A stretch of DNA of 64,000 nucleotides from Octopus sinensis (GCF_006345805.1 NC_043012.1:23374001-23438000), one strand, 5' to 3'; counted from the stretch's first letter, positions 1-12,551 are shown. Made by a program: numbers and translations. The notes: a model not told the origin generated them from the sequence alone.

Positions 1-20
1 CCTTCGCTTCAGGAGTCTCT

Positions 21-282
21 CAGCGCGCCAGAACCAAGACATTTGAAATTTTATTCCCGATGTAATCAGTAAGACTAAGCACGTGTCTGTCTTGACACAG
101 AGAGCTGGGGTTAGTCTTGCGGTTTGCATCACAAGGACCGAATGTACTGAAGAAGTCACGGACACTTGAATTATGCAAGTAATTCTTTTGTTAAGACCGA
201 AACCGAGGTATGTATTTAAGTCTGTTATTTATTTAATTTTTCATATGTCCTGCCCGCCAAAGTTGGTTCTGGTGTTCGCTGA
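21..282 (+). mobile_element. Degenerate fold-back element with a central hammerhead-like motif (Penelope-terminal-repeat-like)
   Basis: cagcgcgccagaaccaa-gacatttgaaatt (21-51) is an imperfect inverse of aattttcatatgtc...ttggttctggtgttcgctg (~235-282); hammerhead-like core lies between the arms. May extend beyond the window start. Confidence 0.4.
140..217 (+). ncRNA. Type I hammerhead-ribozyme-like motif (long stem II insert)
   Basis: GAAUGUA-CUGAAGA-AGUC...GACC-GAA-ACC-GA-GGU-A-UGUAUUU: canonical core, 7-bp stem I (3 G-U), 3-bp stem III, GUA triplet; A154-C198 mismatch at the base of stem II. Confidence 0.55.
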
Positions 283-507
283 ATTCTTCCTCTAGAGAAT
301 TCCCTTGTAGTTTGATCGTTGATGATCTTCTTTAGCATTTGGCCGGCTACCTAGCAGGCCAGCCCTGTCAATATACACATATATTTGAATTTTCTCTGAC
401 TCCTCAGATTTTTTGAATGCTGGACTACTGGTTTTAAATTGATATTAAAATTAATATTAATTTATCTCCCTCAATTTTTAAATATTTTTATATATATATA
501 TATATAT

Positions 508-830
508 AGGGAGAGTTTACGAAAAACAACAAAAGACGAAGACAGGTGGTGTACAAAACAAACAGATGTATTAGTATAATACTCAGGAATAGAAAAAGTC
601 TTTTACATTTCAAGCCTATACTTTCCTACAGAAAGGGACACAGAAAAAAACAAGGAGAGAAAAAAAAAATGTGTGTAGTAGCTAACGATCTATCATGGCG
701 ACTGACTGCCAGACAGAAGGGTCACACACCAGAGTGAAGAAGTAGGGGAGATAACAAAGTAAAGACGATCCCCAACACGAAGGTGCATGTGTGTATAACT
801 GAGGATATGTATGAGTGTGTGCATGTGTGT
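508..830 (-). mobile_element. Hammerhead-bearing repeat family A, longest copy (Penelope terminal-repeat-like)
   Basis: Near-identical to 6130-6320 and 38866-39062; abuts (TA)n at its 3' end; decayed core at 600-635. Confidence 0.65.
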
Positions 831-1974
831 GTGTAAACCTACAGAGCTTCTGAAGTTTGCAACTGATTTTCTCCAAACTGGGAACATACATTACTTATAT
901 TCCAGAGATGGTTTTTAGACTCTTATAATGTTTCACATAATGAGTAACGGGGCCCCTGGGGGCAGAAAACCCCCTTTCCTGGGGTACATATGACTACCTG
1001 CATGACCCATGGATTGCTTCTGGCCAACCTGGAACAAGCAGCTACTGAAATGATATAACTAGGTTGTATTAAATGGATGAACCAATGTAAACTTAAAACT
1101 GCATTGTCTAAGCCTGTTCTCGTAGTACCATAGGTAGCAATTTGTTGGAATAAAAACCGTTTGGAACACACTGTGTTTATTATGAAAAATATGCTAAAAT
1201 ATGTTAAATCTTGAGCAACTATTCAACTATTTTCGTTTAACTTCAATATCAAAGTCTGTCTTCTAAGCTTAGATGAAGCCCACACAAATATTCTTCCGCT
1301 GTTGATTACAAACCAAAATATTGCATGTACATTAACCTACTAATTTATGATGTCTAAGACCCAACCATGTTAGTTAGAGACTGTGTCCTTAATGTAACCA
1401 TGTGTGCTCGGACGTTGCATGCAGAACTGTTTTTGTTTAGGAGCTGAGTTATCCTCATAATGTAAACATGCTGTTTATGCAAAGGAGTGCATGGTTGAAT
1501 TACGACTATTGATTCCAAACAAAAATATTGCATGTCAGTGTTGTTTTCAAGCGCTTCCTTGCCAATTCCACACCCCTTATCACATCATCTCTTTCATGTA
1601 GATTTCTCTCATGTGGTGCTGTTGAGCATGACCACAGGCTTAATTTATCACATAGATGTAGTCCCTATGTCTGCTGATTGCTCAGTAAGGGAATTGCAGC
1701 GCCAACGGCCACAAAGGAGAGCATATCCACTGAGAGTTTTTTGGTAAATTCAAAATTCACATATGCTCCACTGACTTTTCCATGACAAGGTTAGAGCCTG
1801 GAATCTTCCAAACAGATGCATGACATGTCACTTAGTCGAATTAGCACTTCATTTTATCCACAAATGTTTTGTCGTCAATGCTGCACTTCTCCAAATCACA
1901 TGTTTCAACTTAACTGTACCATATATACAAACTATGCCATTTAAATCCCAAGCAACGCTGGGTATGTCTGCTAC

Positions 1975-2005
<31 letters not shown>

Positions 2006-2036
2006 ATATATATATATATAATAAATATAATAAGTT

Positions 2037-2408
2037 GCAGGAGTGGCTGTATGGTAGGTTGCTTGTTTGCCAACCACATGGTTCCGGGCTAAGTCTTCTA
2101 CTATAGCCTCGGGCCGACCAAAGCCTTGTGAGTGGATTTGGTAGACGGAAACTGAAAGAAGCCTGTTGTATATATGCATATATATATGTGTGTATGTTTG
2201 TGTGTCTGTGTTGGTCCCCCTAGCATTGCTTGACAACCGATGCTGGTGTGTTTATGTCCCCGTTACTTAGCGGTTTGGCAAAAGAGGCCGATAGAATAAG
2301 TACTGGGCTTACAAAGAATAAGTCCCGGGGTCGAGTTGCTCGATTAAAGGCGGTGCTCCAGCATGGCCGCAGTCAAATGACTGAAACAAGTAAAAGAGAG
2401 TAAAGAGT
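2037..2408 (+). mobile_element. tRNA-derived SINE family C (CORE-like body, internal TA/TG microsatellite, CR1-like tail); B-box region deleted
   Basis: A-box-like gtggctgtatgg; body shared with many other copies; tail ggcggtgctccagcatggccgcagtcaaatgactgaaac with (agtaaag) repeats. Confidence 0.9.
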
Positions 2409-2936
2409 ATAGTCAGATAATGTAGTTTGCACTTCTCCATTATACAAGTCATGTGCAAAGTTTTCTCATGATGTGACAATGTAGCTGTGATACCATCACT
2501 GGAGATTTATCAATATTCAAATAAAGTATCATGAAAAAAAAAAATATATATATATATATAATAAAGAATTAATAGTAAGGGAGATAACTTCTGTGAAATC
2601 CATTTTAAATTTTGCAATCTTGTAATGTCCAATTTATGCTGTTTTTAACTAAATATATTCTGGTCCAACAGCTCTGGTCTAATTTTTAATAAACTATGTA
2701 TTAGGATTGACAGCTTAAACAAAAAAAAAATTTTTAGTTATGTATGTGAGTGTGTGTGTGAGTGCATGTGTGTGTATTGTGTGTGTGTGTGTGTGCAGGC
2801 ATGTGTGTTTGTGTATGATTATGTAATTGTAGATAAGTGTCCATGAACATGTGCAGCATATGTGTAGAGCGTGCACAGGCGCACACGCATATGCGAAGTA
2901 AATCCTTTTAAGATACTTTGATCTAATTGCATAAAA

Positions 2937-2973
<37 letters not shown>

Positions 2974-3341
2974 GACATAACATATAAAAAAAATCTAGGC
3001 TTGTAAATTCACTTTTATTTTAAAGGATAATCTATTCAAAAAAGTTTTTTGTTAAACAGATTATCTCTTAAATGGATCAAGCAATTTAAATGTTGATTTC
3101 CCAGATAACAGCAGTAAATGTGAATTTGACAAAATGGAAATTTGAAAAGCACTGTTGCATCTAAATAGAATTTTATTTTAGTTTAGATGGGTTTTTTTTT
3201 CTTCTTTTAAGTGAGGCTGCTGGGTATAAGGAATGGTAATTAGTTGACTATCATGTTAAAATGCTACATATTGGAGTGGAAAGGAAAGTTCACCTTAGAT
3301 GAAAGAAAAATCTGTTTCTCTCTCAAAATTCATTTATAATA

Positions 3342-3572
3342 TATTTCTTTACTACCCACAAGGGGCTAAACACAGAGTGGACAAACAAGGACAGACTGAC
3401 GGATTAAGTCGATTACATTGACTCCAGTGCGTAACTGGTACTTAATTTATCGACCACGAAAGGATGAAAGGCAAAGTCGACCTTGGCGGAATTTGAACCC
3501 AGAACGTAACAGTAGACGAAATACGGCTACGGATTTCGCCCGGCGCGCTAATGTTTCTGCCAGTTCGCCGCC
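3342..3572 (-). mobile_element. tRNA-derived SINE family M (Meta-domain-like), full length with 16-bp TSD
   Basis: Reverse complement reads ggcggcgaactggcagaa...gggttcaaattcc...cctttcatcctttcgtggtcgataaattaagtaccag; TSD aaattcatttataata at 3326-3341 and 3581-3596. Confidence 0.9.
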
Positions 3573-3702
3573 ATTTTGTCAAATTCATTTATAATAATGA
3601 AAGAAAGTGAGAAAGTCTAATACATATTATGACTTATTTCGAAAAAATATGTTGGGTCAAAAATTTGACAGAAGACCAGCTAGTTTTGGGGAAAATTGCT
3701 AA

Positions 3703-3855
3703 CATCAGCCCCAGTGCAAAACTGGTACCTATTCTACTGACCCCAAATGGACAAACGGCTGGCCTTGGTAGCATTTGACCTCAGAACATAAAGACAGATG
3801 AAATACTGCTAAGTATTTTGCTCAGTGTGCTAAGGGACCTGCGAGCTCACTGCCA
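3703..3855 (-). mobile_element. Old diverged SINE family M fragment
   Basis: Degenerate match to 3410-3572. Confidence 0.6.
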
Positions 3856-3981
3856 GATTTCAGCAAATATATTGATGTTGTAATATGTAACTATTTTTTT
3901 TTTGCATGATTTCATCCCAAACAAGGATTGAGGCCACTGTAGCAATGGTCCCCCACCCCCAAAACTGTTTTTACACCATAG

Positions 3982-4126
3982 AGCATTAGGAAAGGGCATC
4001 CAGCTGTAGAAACTCTGCCATATCAAGATTGAAGCCTGGTGCAGCTATCTGGTTCACCAGACCTCAGTCATTCGTCCAACCCATGCTAGCTTGGAAAGCA
4101 GACGTTAAACGGTGATGATGATGATG
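3982..4126 (+). mobile_element. RTE-type 3' tail repeat ending in (GAT)n
   Basis: ggaaagggcatccagctgtagaaac...ccaacccatgctagc...gacgttaaacggtgatgatg; recurs about 10 times in the window. Confidence 0.75.
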
Positions 4127-4260
4127 AGAGCAGTTTCCTGCAAAACAATTTTCCTATACCAAGGGATCACATGTAATAAAGTATGTAATATATAATTTAA
4201 TTATTATATATATATATATAATACATATATATATATATAATAATATATATATAATAATAA

Positions 4261-4431
4261 GGCGCAGGAGTAGATGTGTGGTAAGTAGCTCGCTAACCAA
4301 CCACATGGTTCCGGGTTCAGTCCCACTGCGTGGCATCTTGGGCAAGTCTCTTCTGCTATATCCCAGGGCCGACCAATGCTTTGTGAGTGGATTTGGTAGA
4401 CGGAAACTGAAAGAAGCCTGTTGTATATATG

Positions 4432-4462
<31 letters not shown>

Positions 4463-4654
4463 ATGTGTTTGTGTTTGTCCCTCTAGCATTGCTTGACAAC
4501 CGATGCTGGTGTGTTTACACCTCCGTAACTTAGCGGTTCAGCAAAAAGAGACCGATAGAATAAGTACTAGGCTTACAAAGAATAAGTCCCGGGGTCGATT
4601 TGCTCGACTAAAGGCGGTGCTTCAGCAGTCAAATGACTGAAACAAGTAAAAGAG
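4261..4654 (+). mobile_element. SINE family C, full length
   Basis: A box, B box ggttcagtccc, cttgggcaagt, internal (TA)(TG) tract, standard tail. Confidence 0.9.
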
Positions 4655-4974
4655 TATATATATGCTAAAATAACCTGCAGACTGTAATAATTGATGACAT
4701 GGAAATGAAAAAAGAAATTAATTCATGGCTGCATACTGGTCTGTGGCCCAGTGGCTGGGGAACCTTGGAGTAAAGGACTACAAAGAAGGAAAAGAAGGGA
4801 CCTACGAAAAATTTAAGGGACTGAATATCATAGATCAGAGGAAAATAAGACAATTGTATTGAGTAATATTAACAATAAAAAAAAGTATTTTAGGAAATTA
4901 TTCTTTTACTAAAACATGAAACAACACAGCAATACAGGAATAAGTATAATTTGATTTAGTTACCATTGATGCAG

Positions 4975-5358
4975 GCATATCTGAGAAGTTAAGAAGCTCA
5001 CTTTTCAACCACAAGATTTTAGGTTCAATACCACTGTGCAGTACATTGGGCATGTGTCTTCTACAATAGTTTCAGGCTGACCAATGCTTTATGAATGAAT
5101 TTGGTAGACAGAAACTGTGTGAAAGCCTGTGTGTTTGTGTGTGTGAGATTATATCTGCGTTTGTCCTTCAACACCATCAGACAACCGGGGTTGGTTTGTT
5201 TACATCCCCATAAACTAGTTTTTCTCAGCAAAAGAGACTCATAGAACAAGTACAAGACTTGAAAACAAAATAAGTGTTGGCGCTGATTTGTTTGATTAAA
5301 ATCTTTCAATGCAGTTCTACAGCATTTTGCAATTCAATGACGGAAACAAGAAAAATGT
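4975..5358 (+). mobile_element. SINE family C, diverged
   Basis: Colinear degenerate match to 4261-4654. Confidence 0.7.
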
Positions 5359-5365
5359 AATATAA

Positions 5366-5407
<42 letters not shown>

Positions 5408-6031
5408 ACAATGAAACTAGTATCCTTCCTCTGTAATATCTGCTATGCCATTCAAAAGGGCAGAACGATGCTCTGGAATGGACCAAAGTGACAAAGTGTA
5501 GGCTTCATAATTTTCAGAGAGTTCTATCTGTTCCCTGATGAATTGCTGTATTTAGCGCCAGACCAAAATAATGAGACCAAAAACAAGGCTTATCAATCCT
5601 CTCAGGAATATTAATCACCTCTAAATACGAATTATACTGCAGTATATTCAACATATCAGGTTATATTTGAAAATGTATGAACAGTGAAATATTATTCTTT
5701 CTCAAGATACAATTCCCATTTTTATCTGCAAGCATGTTCAACGTAGCTTCAGAGAAAAACCAGGATTGCTCACAACCATGTGAGCAATCCAAGATATATC
5801 TATATATATCTATATCTATATATATATTATATATATATATATATATACACTTCTGTACATAAATTGTTTCTTCTTTCTTTTCTAATTTTCTATTATTTCT
5901 GAAATCTATATTTCTCAGACTTACATGCATACATATATACATATATATGTATACACACACATACATAAATATGTATTTTATATTTGTATATTTATACATA
6001 TATATATATGTATTCATATATACATCCATTC

Positions 6032-6062
<31 letters not shown>

Positions 6063-6129
6063 CTCACACACACACTATACATGCACAAAAACTTATATAT
6101 ATACTTATATATGCATGTATGGACATATA

Positions 6130-6320
6130 TAGGGAGAGTTTACAAAAAAAATAAAAGACGAAGACAGGTGGTGTACAAAACAACCAGATGTATTAGGTCA
6201 ATGCTCGGGAAGTGGAAAAGTCTTTTAAGCTTCGAGCCTATGCTCTTCTACAGAAAGGGACACAGAAAAAACAAGGAGAGAAAAAATGTGTGTAGTGGCT
6301 AACGATCTATCATGTCGACA
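6130..6320 (-). mobile_element. Hammerhead-bearing repeat family A
   Basis: Matches 508-700; minus-strand core CUUU-CUGUAGA-A-GAGC-AUAG-GCUC-GAAG at 6222-6257. Confidence 0.7.
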
Positions 6321-6329
6321 TATATATGG

Positions 6330-6374
<45 letters not shown>

Positions 6375-7619
6375 AAAATATAAGTTTGTGTGCGTGTGTG
6401 TACGTATGCATACATACATATATATATATTTACATTTGAATCAGATCTGTAACTGATTCACAAATTCAAAATGCCTGTCTTGTCATTTAAATGATGGAAT
6501 AACACTGGTTTTTAAATAAGGCTGATTGCCATTAATTGATAAGTAAGGTACGTTTTTACAAGTAGTTCATACTTCCTGATGGAGCTGGTAATTTGGCTAG
6601 TTGTATGTCAGTTACAGCAACAAACAGACTGCTAGTGAAAGGAACCAACTCTACCATTACATATAGAGTGAAGTAGCTTTTGACTGTTATTAAATGTTTT
6701 AGTAAACTATATGAAATAATTTTTAACAATTGGCTTAAAGTGAGTTCACAGACAGTTCTATTGGTGAAAGCAATATGAAAGTTATGCTTTCTTGTTAAGG
6801 AATGCAGCAGGCTGTTGCACTGAAGGCAGTTTCTCATAGATTCATAGATGATAGTTACTTTCAGCAAAGTATGTAATGAGTGTTGCGGAATGTTCTAAGT
6901 TACAGGGGGAAACCTGCAGTTAAAACAGGACAAAGTGGTGAAGATTTCTGTTGCATGACCTGAAATAACATATGTGTGGGGAGAATATTTTCATAACGAC
7001 ATTGGTTTTCAGTCTCATGCATTTCCTCAAGATCCCATTAGGAAAAGCAGAACATGCCAGTGAACAAGTGGATTTATTTTAGCAGTTGCAAGTGGGTGCC
7101 TGGGGGTGATGCAAGCACACGTGCATGTTTTCCTTATGTAACATGCACTGTTGTCTTGGCAAGTGAAACCAACCCTAACATTATTTATATCAAAAAGCTT
7201 GTGATATTTTTGTGTGCTTGGGAAATGTTGCCTAATTAGGAATAAAATGCACCTGACAATGGTCATAGAAATATCTGGGGTGAATAGAACACTAACACCA
7301 TGTCATTCAATCAGAAATCACTGAGTTCTTCAAATGCAATCGAATTGGAAGCTAATAGCCACAATTTATGTAATCACTCCGACTTGACTGACTGGATATT
7401 TTCAACAAAACAATCTGAGTTATGCATTCTCAGTTTTTTATAGATGATTATTTACCTGTTCTCCCTTCAGGCAGATCAATTAAATATAAAACATCTGCTA
7501 ACAATTTGGCCACATTTGGAGTTAAATATAATACTGTATTAATCACATATCTATATATGCATGCACATACATGTATTCAAACACACACATACCCATGCTA
7601 GCATGAAGAACAGACGTTA

Positions 7620-7630
7620 AACGATGATGA

Positions 7631-7672
<42 letters not shown>

Positions 7673-7728
7673 ATATATATATATATTGTATGTGTGTATA
7701 TATATATATATATATTATATATATGTAT

Positions 7729-7806
<78 letters not shown>
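7620..7806. repeat. (GAT)n tail stub plus compound (TA)n microsatellite
   Basis: Directly visible. Confidence 0.95.
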
Positions 7807-7809
<3 letters not shown>

Positions 7810-8195
7810 GAAAAATACGGAGAAAAGGTTGAAAATACATAATTTTTATATACATATATTTTTTCTTTAATTAAAACAAGCTTAACGTTTTAACATAAGG
7901 ATAAAATAAAATTATTCAATGCATTTGTATGTTTCAAAATGAAAGTATAAACATACATTTTCACATAATAAATGTTTTCGTTTTATAGTTTAACTGAAAA
8001 TGTATTAGTGTAGATACTCATAAGGTAAGTTTGACATATATAACACATGTGAAAAGGAGAGAGGGAAAAAAAAAAGGGATCACATATTATTTTGAGTCTT
8101 TTGTATAGTAAAAGGTTTTAGTATATACATTTTTGCATATGTTACAGCTAAGAGGTTTCGAAGATGAAGAAAGACATCATATTCACACTTACATC

Positions 8196-8254
<59 letters not shown>

Positions 8255-8265
8255 ATACATATATA

Positions 8266-8304
<39 letters not shown>

Positions 8305-8320
8305 TATATATATATATGTA

Positions 8321-8618
8321 TACTACAACATAATTTCTTTTCCTCAACAGGCCATGCCCTATTTAACATTGTCCCGAAAGAGATCAAAGAGAAACAGGAT
8401 CCCATCATCTTTAAATGGAGTCTGGATAGATTCCTTCAAGGAATACCAGATATGCCACCCATAATTGGACACAACTCACCCAACAAAAACTCACTACTTG
8501 AATGGACCATAAACAAAACTTGACTTAAACAGGATTCAAATAATCCTATCAGGTGGTGCTATTAAGTTAGACATGGCCTGGACCAATCATTGGTCGAAAC
8601 ATATCTAAGTTTATCTAA
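8321..8618 (+). mobile_element. CR1-clade LINE 3' end (family CR1-B): ORF2 C-terminus and 3' UTR
   Basis: LQHNFFSSTGHALFNIVPKEIKE...FKWSLDRFLQGIPDMP...NSLLEW* resembles the CR1 ORF2 C-terminus; UTR has a gaccaat/attggtc stem-loop and short terminal repeats. Confidence 0.8.
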
Positions 8619-9881
8619 ATTTATATATATATATATGTTGTCTTTTTAATTTATTTAGACAGTTTATGAAAGAATGCACCATTGAATATGCTGCTTTTTA
8701 AAGACAGTAGAGTCTAATGTGAGGAAGATGTGGCTGCTATTTCTTTCAGATCCAGCAGTTGTATAAAAGCCTTTCTTATTTACTGTGCCCAAAGCCTTCA
8801 TAGACAGGTATCCAATGCAGGACGTGATTGACTAAGTAACACAACAGCTGTCACAAAATCTTACTTGGGCAGATGGGGTGGCTGGAGTGTTCTAGATGTA
8901 GTTGATATCCAATGGGAGGGTGGCTGGGTTGTAATGATTACTGAGACACTCAGGAGTAGTAGACAATATTGGTGCAGCATAGATAAAGGATAAGTGAGTA
9001 GCGAGTGCTTGAGTGCATGTGGAACAAGAGTGACCAGAGGAACATAGGCCATTGTAGTACAGTACAAAAGACAGACGGAGGAGACAGCATGTCAGTATGT
9101 ATACCAGTGCTATCTTAGATGAGACAGCAGTAGCCCAGTATGTCCAGAAGTCCAGGATGGGTTGACTAATATACCTGATTACCTGTGTGGCTTATGGAAC
9201 AGCAGTCAAGGCAACTTGTTGGTCTTTATGAAAACAAAGGGCAGTGAACCCCATAGGATTCTGTCAGATGTTTTAGTTTGTGAGATAAGAAATTCATTAG
9301 TAAATGGGAATTTAACATAATCATGGGTAATTAATTCAAAGTAATTATGTAAATTTAACACTAATGAAATACTAATATATTTATCTATCAAAATACAGAT
9401 TTTCATTGATAAAAATGGAAACATATCTGGAATAAATTAAACAACCATTTCGATATCATCAGCATTAAGCAAACTGCAAATCATTTAAAAAAAAATTATG
9501 TTTATTCATAGAGGCCTAGTAACCTTAGTACTAAATGATCTGGTTCTATTCTTGCTTGCTTGTTTGTTTTTACCGATCCTTCCAAAGAAATCTGATTAAA
9601 TTCTCTAAATTAATAATTATGAGATGATAAAAAAAAAAGAAAAGAGAAAAAAAAATCATTCCACATTTAATTCTAAATCTATTTTTCTCATGGAAACCTA
9701 ATAAAAGAATAAATAAAATTCAAGTATTTAACAAAACGTAAACTTGTCTTGACACAAATATTTACATTGATAAACTAAGTCAGGGGAGCAGGTTAGTACC
9801 TTACACACATATATATATATATATAATATATATATATATATAATATATATATATACATATATATACATACATATACACATA

Positions 9882-9913
<32 letters not shown>

Positions 9914-9960
9914 CACACATTTATATACATATATATGTATACATACATATATATATATAT

Positions 9961-10075
9961 CATCATCATCATCATTTAGCATGGGTTGGACGGTTCAACT
10001 GGGGTCTGTGAAGCCGGAAGGCTTCATCAGGCCCAGTCAGATCTGGCAGTGTTTCTACGGCTGGATGCTCTTCCT
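9961..10075 (-). mobile_element. RTE-type 3' tail repeat
   Basis: Reverse complement of the tail at 40095-40215, starting with (CAT)n. Confidence 0.75.
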
Positions 10076-10084
10076 ATATATATA

Positions 10085-10134
10085 CAGCATGGCCGCAGCC
10101 TTCGGGCTAAAACATTTTAAAGGATGTTAAGGAT
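10085..10134 (+). mobile_element. 50-bp 5'-truncated stub of the CR1-A 3' end in (TA)n
   Basis: cagcatggccgcagccttcgggctaaaacattttaaaggat nearly equals 31068-31108. Confidence 0.8.
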
Positions 10135-10290
10135 ATATATATATATATATATACATACATACATATAGATACACATACATATATACACACAAACACACAC
10201 ACACACATATATACATACACACACACACACATATACATACACACACACACACATATACATACACACCACACATATACATACACACACACA

Positions 10291-10325
<35 letters not shown>

Positions 10326-10331
<6 letters not shown>

Positions 10332-10512
10332 TAATCCAAACAAGAAAACACAGAAAAAAAGAGAAAATAAACACAGCAACGCAGGACGTGGAACAATTAA
10401 AGTATTATTGACGCTCAGGAAAGAAGGGAAGGAAGGTTTAACGTTTCGAGCGGAGCTCTTCATCGGAAACAAGGAGAAGGAAAGATCCCAAGAAGGGAAG
10501 ACAGAGGAAAAA
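10326..10512 (-). mobile_element. Hammerhead-bearing repeat family B
   Basis: Ends at (TA)n; hammerhead-like motif at 10436-10470. Confidence 0.55.
10436..10470 (-). ncRNA. Minimal type I hammerhead-like motif (U4C variant)
   Basis: GUUU-CCGAUGA-A-GAGC-UCC-GCUC-GAA-AC-GU-U-AAAC; stems I and II fully paired, palindromic ACGU stem III. Confidence 0.6.
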
Positions 10513-10553
10513 ATATTTGAGCTGGTGGTGCTCAAGAGATCACATGTTGAAAG

Positions 10554-10763
10554 AGAAGAAATAAGGTACTCAGAAATCTTGATGGTTTTACATTTACAGA
10601 TTTTTATTAATATGTCACATGTGATTATAAATCATGTATTAGTGCTTGCATCTACTCTAGTAGAATCGCAAGCACTAATATATGATTTATAAAAACATGT
10701 GATATATTAATAAAAATCTGTAAATACAAAACCATCAAGATTTCTGAGTACCTTATTTCTTCT
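10554..10763. repeat. 210-bp near-perfect palindrome (fold-back/MITE-like)
   Basis: Arms 10554-10656 and 10659-10763 are about 90% reverse-complementary, centre tctact-ct-agtaga. Confidence 0.9.
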
Positions 10764-10817
10764 AATATATAATACCTGTGCATCACCTCCAAACCTTCTA
10801 ATATATATATATATATG

Positions 10818-11270
10818 AGTTTCTATCTACCAGATTCACTCACAAGGCATTGGTCAGCCTGAAGCTATAGTGCCAGATACTTGCCTATGCTGTCACATGA
10901 TAGGATTCAATCCCAAACCACAGGGTTTTCAACTACACAGCCATGCCTACCCCCAGCTAATTACATTGACTGAAGTCTTTTTTGTTTTCCTTTCATTCCG
11001 TCTTTAACTTGTTCCGGTCAGACTGTGGCCATGCTGAAGCACCTGCCTTGAAGGATTGTGTTGAAGAAATCAACCCCACTGCTTAATTTTTTCTAAGCCT
11101 GGTACTTATTTGATTGATCTCCTTTTGGCAAACTGTTAAGTTATAAGGACAAGGACATGACCACAGTCTATGGGCTGAAAAGAATAAAAGAATAAAACCA
11201 ACACATATTGTCAAGTTGAAGTGGGGGGGGACAAACACAAACATTCACACACACACATATATATGTATGA
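10818..11270 (-). mobile_element. Two diverged SINE family C fragments (head 10818-10948, tail 10985-11270)
   Basis: Degenerate reverse-complement matches to family C. Confidence 0.6.
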
Positions 11271-11724
11271 CCAGATTACATTACACAGAAATGTGTGTGT
11301 GTGTATGTGTGTGTATGTATATATACACACACACATCCAACAATTTTTCATGCTGTTTCTATTTTACCCATTAACCAAATTCCTCAAAATAAAACTTTGA
11401 CCACGCCAAAGCTGGGGAAGAAGATATTTACCGAAATGTACCATGCAGTGGAATTAATCCTGAAACAGCATATTTGCAAATTGAAAATTTGAATGAAATG
11501 ACAAAAAATACTGAATTCTAGATCTTGCAATCCGTCTGTGTATTTGATCAGAAAAAAATACCATGCATGTGCCTAGTATACCCTTATCAGATGGGTAGTC
11601 ATGATGGGTATACTGGGTTTCGTATATTTTATCCCAGTGTCACTTTGATGGCATGCATTGCTCTCTCACTCAATAATAATAATAATAATAGTAATAATAA
11701 TAATAATATTAATAATAATTAATC

Positions 11725-12550
11725 AATTTCATGTAGCCACAACAGAAGTTGCTGGAAAAAGTAGGTCAGGATTGGCTGATGAAAAAACCCCTAAAAAACG
11801 AGACTGCGAGTACTATACTGGCAGCATAAGACCAAGCTTTGACCACGAACTAGAGGGTCAACCTTAGGAATGAGCAAGTGTCTCCACTGTGTCTGCAAGA
11901 GAGTATGAGGAAACCATTGTCCATATCATGAACGAATGCCCTAGCCTTGCCCCGAACCACTACAAGGTGTAGCGACACGACCAGGTCGTGAAAGTGCTCC
12001 ATTGGAAACTGTGGAAAGTGGAGGCTAGAGAAAGGCAAAATGTGACATGAGAACAATATGCAGAGAATGGTGGAGTCAGGGACTAGCAAAATCCGCTGGG
12101 ATTTCCTAATCCAAACAGATCAAGTGCTAGAGCATAACAGACTGGACCTAGTGGTGGTGGACAAGGTGCACCACATATGAAATATAGTTGATGTTGCATG
12201 GCCATTTGATCCCAAATAGTCAAGCAGGAAGGCAAAAAGATAAATAAATACAACCCTCTTAAATATGGAATAGCTTGGCAATGGAAAATAAAGAAGGTGA
12301 AGATAGTGCCAATTATTGTTGGGTCCTTGGGAACAGTATCAGAAGGCATCAAGGGGAATATAAAGGAAACTGGAATAGAGTGCCCAGTAGAACTGTTACA
12401 AAAGGTTTGACTCCTTGGTATGGCCAGAATAATCAGGAAAGTATTAGATAGCTGAAAAGAGCGAATAGTATGGTACTGTAGGCTGCAGGTAGCAAGCCTG
12501 CTACGCATGCAAGACTCCAGGAACTCCAACAAAACCTGTGATGAAGAGAT
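11725..12550 (+). mobile_element. R4/Dong-like restriction-endonuclease-type non-LTR retrotransposon, 5'-truncated and decayed
   Basis: ETIVHIMNEC (zinc-knuckle end), RHDQV, WDFLIQTDQVLEHNRLDLVVVDK, IVDVAWP, KINKYNPL, VPIIVGSLG, MARIIRKVL*; stops and frameshifts; (AAT)n on both sides. Confidence 0.85.
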
Positions 12551-12551
12551 G

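Noticed and set aside
4675-4860. Protein-like + strand text (TVIIDDMEMKKEINSWLHTG / QWLGNLGVKDYKEGKEGTYEKF)
   Set aside because: Requires a frameshift, has no recognisable homology, and lacks a usable donor site.
11575-11650. GAAAC...CUGAUAA arrangement on the minus strand
   Set aside because: The would-be stem I strands are direct repeats, not complements, and G8 is missing.
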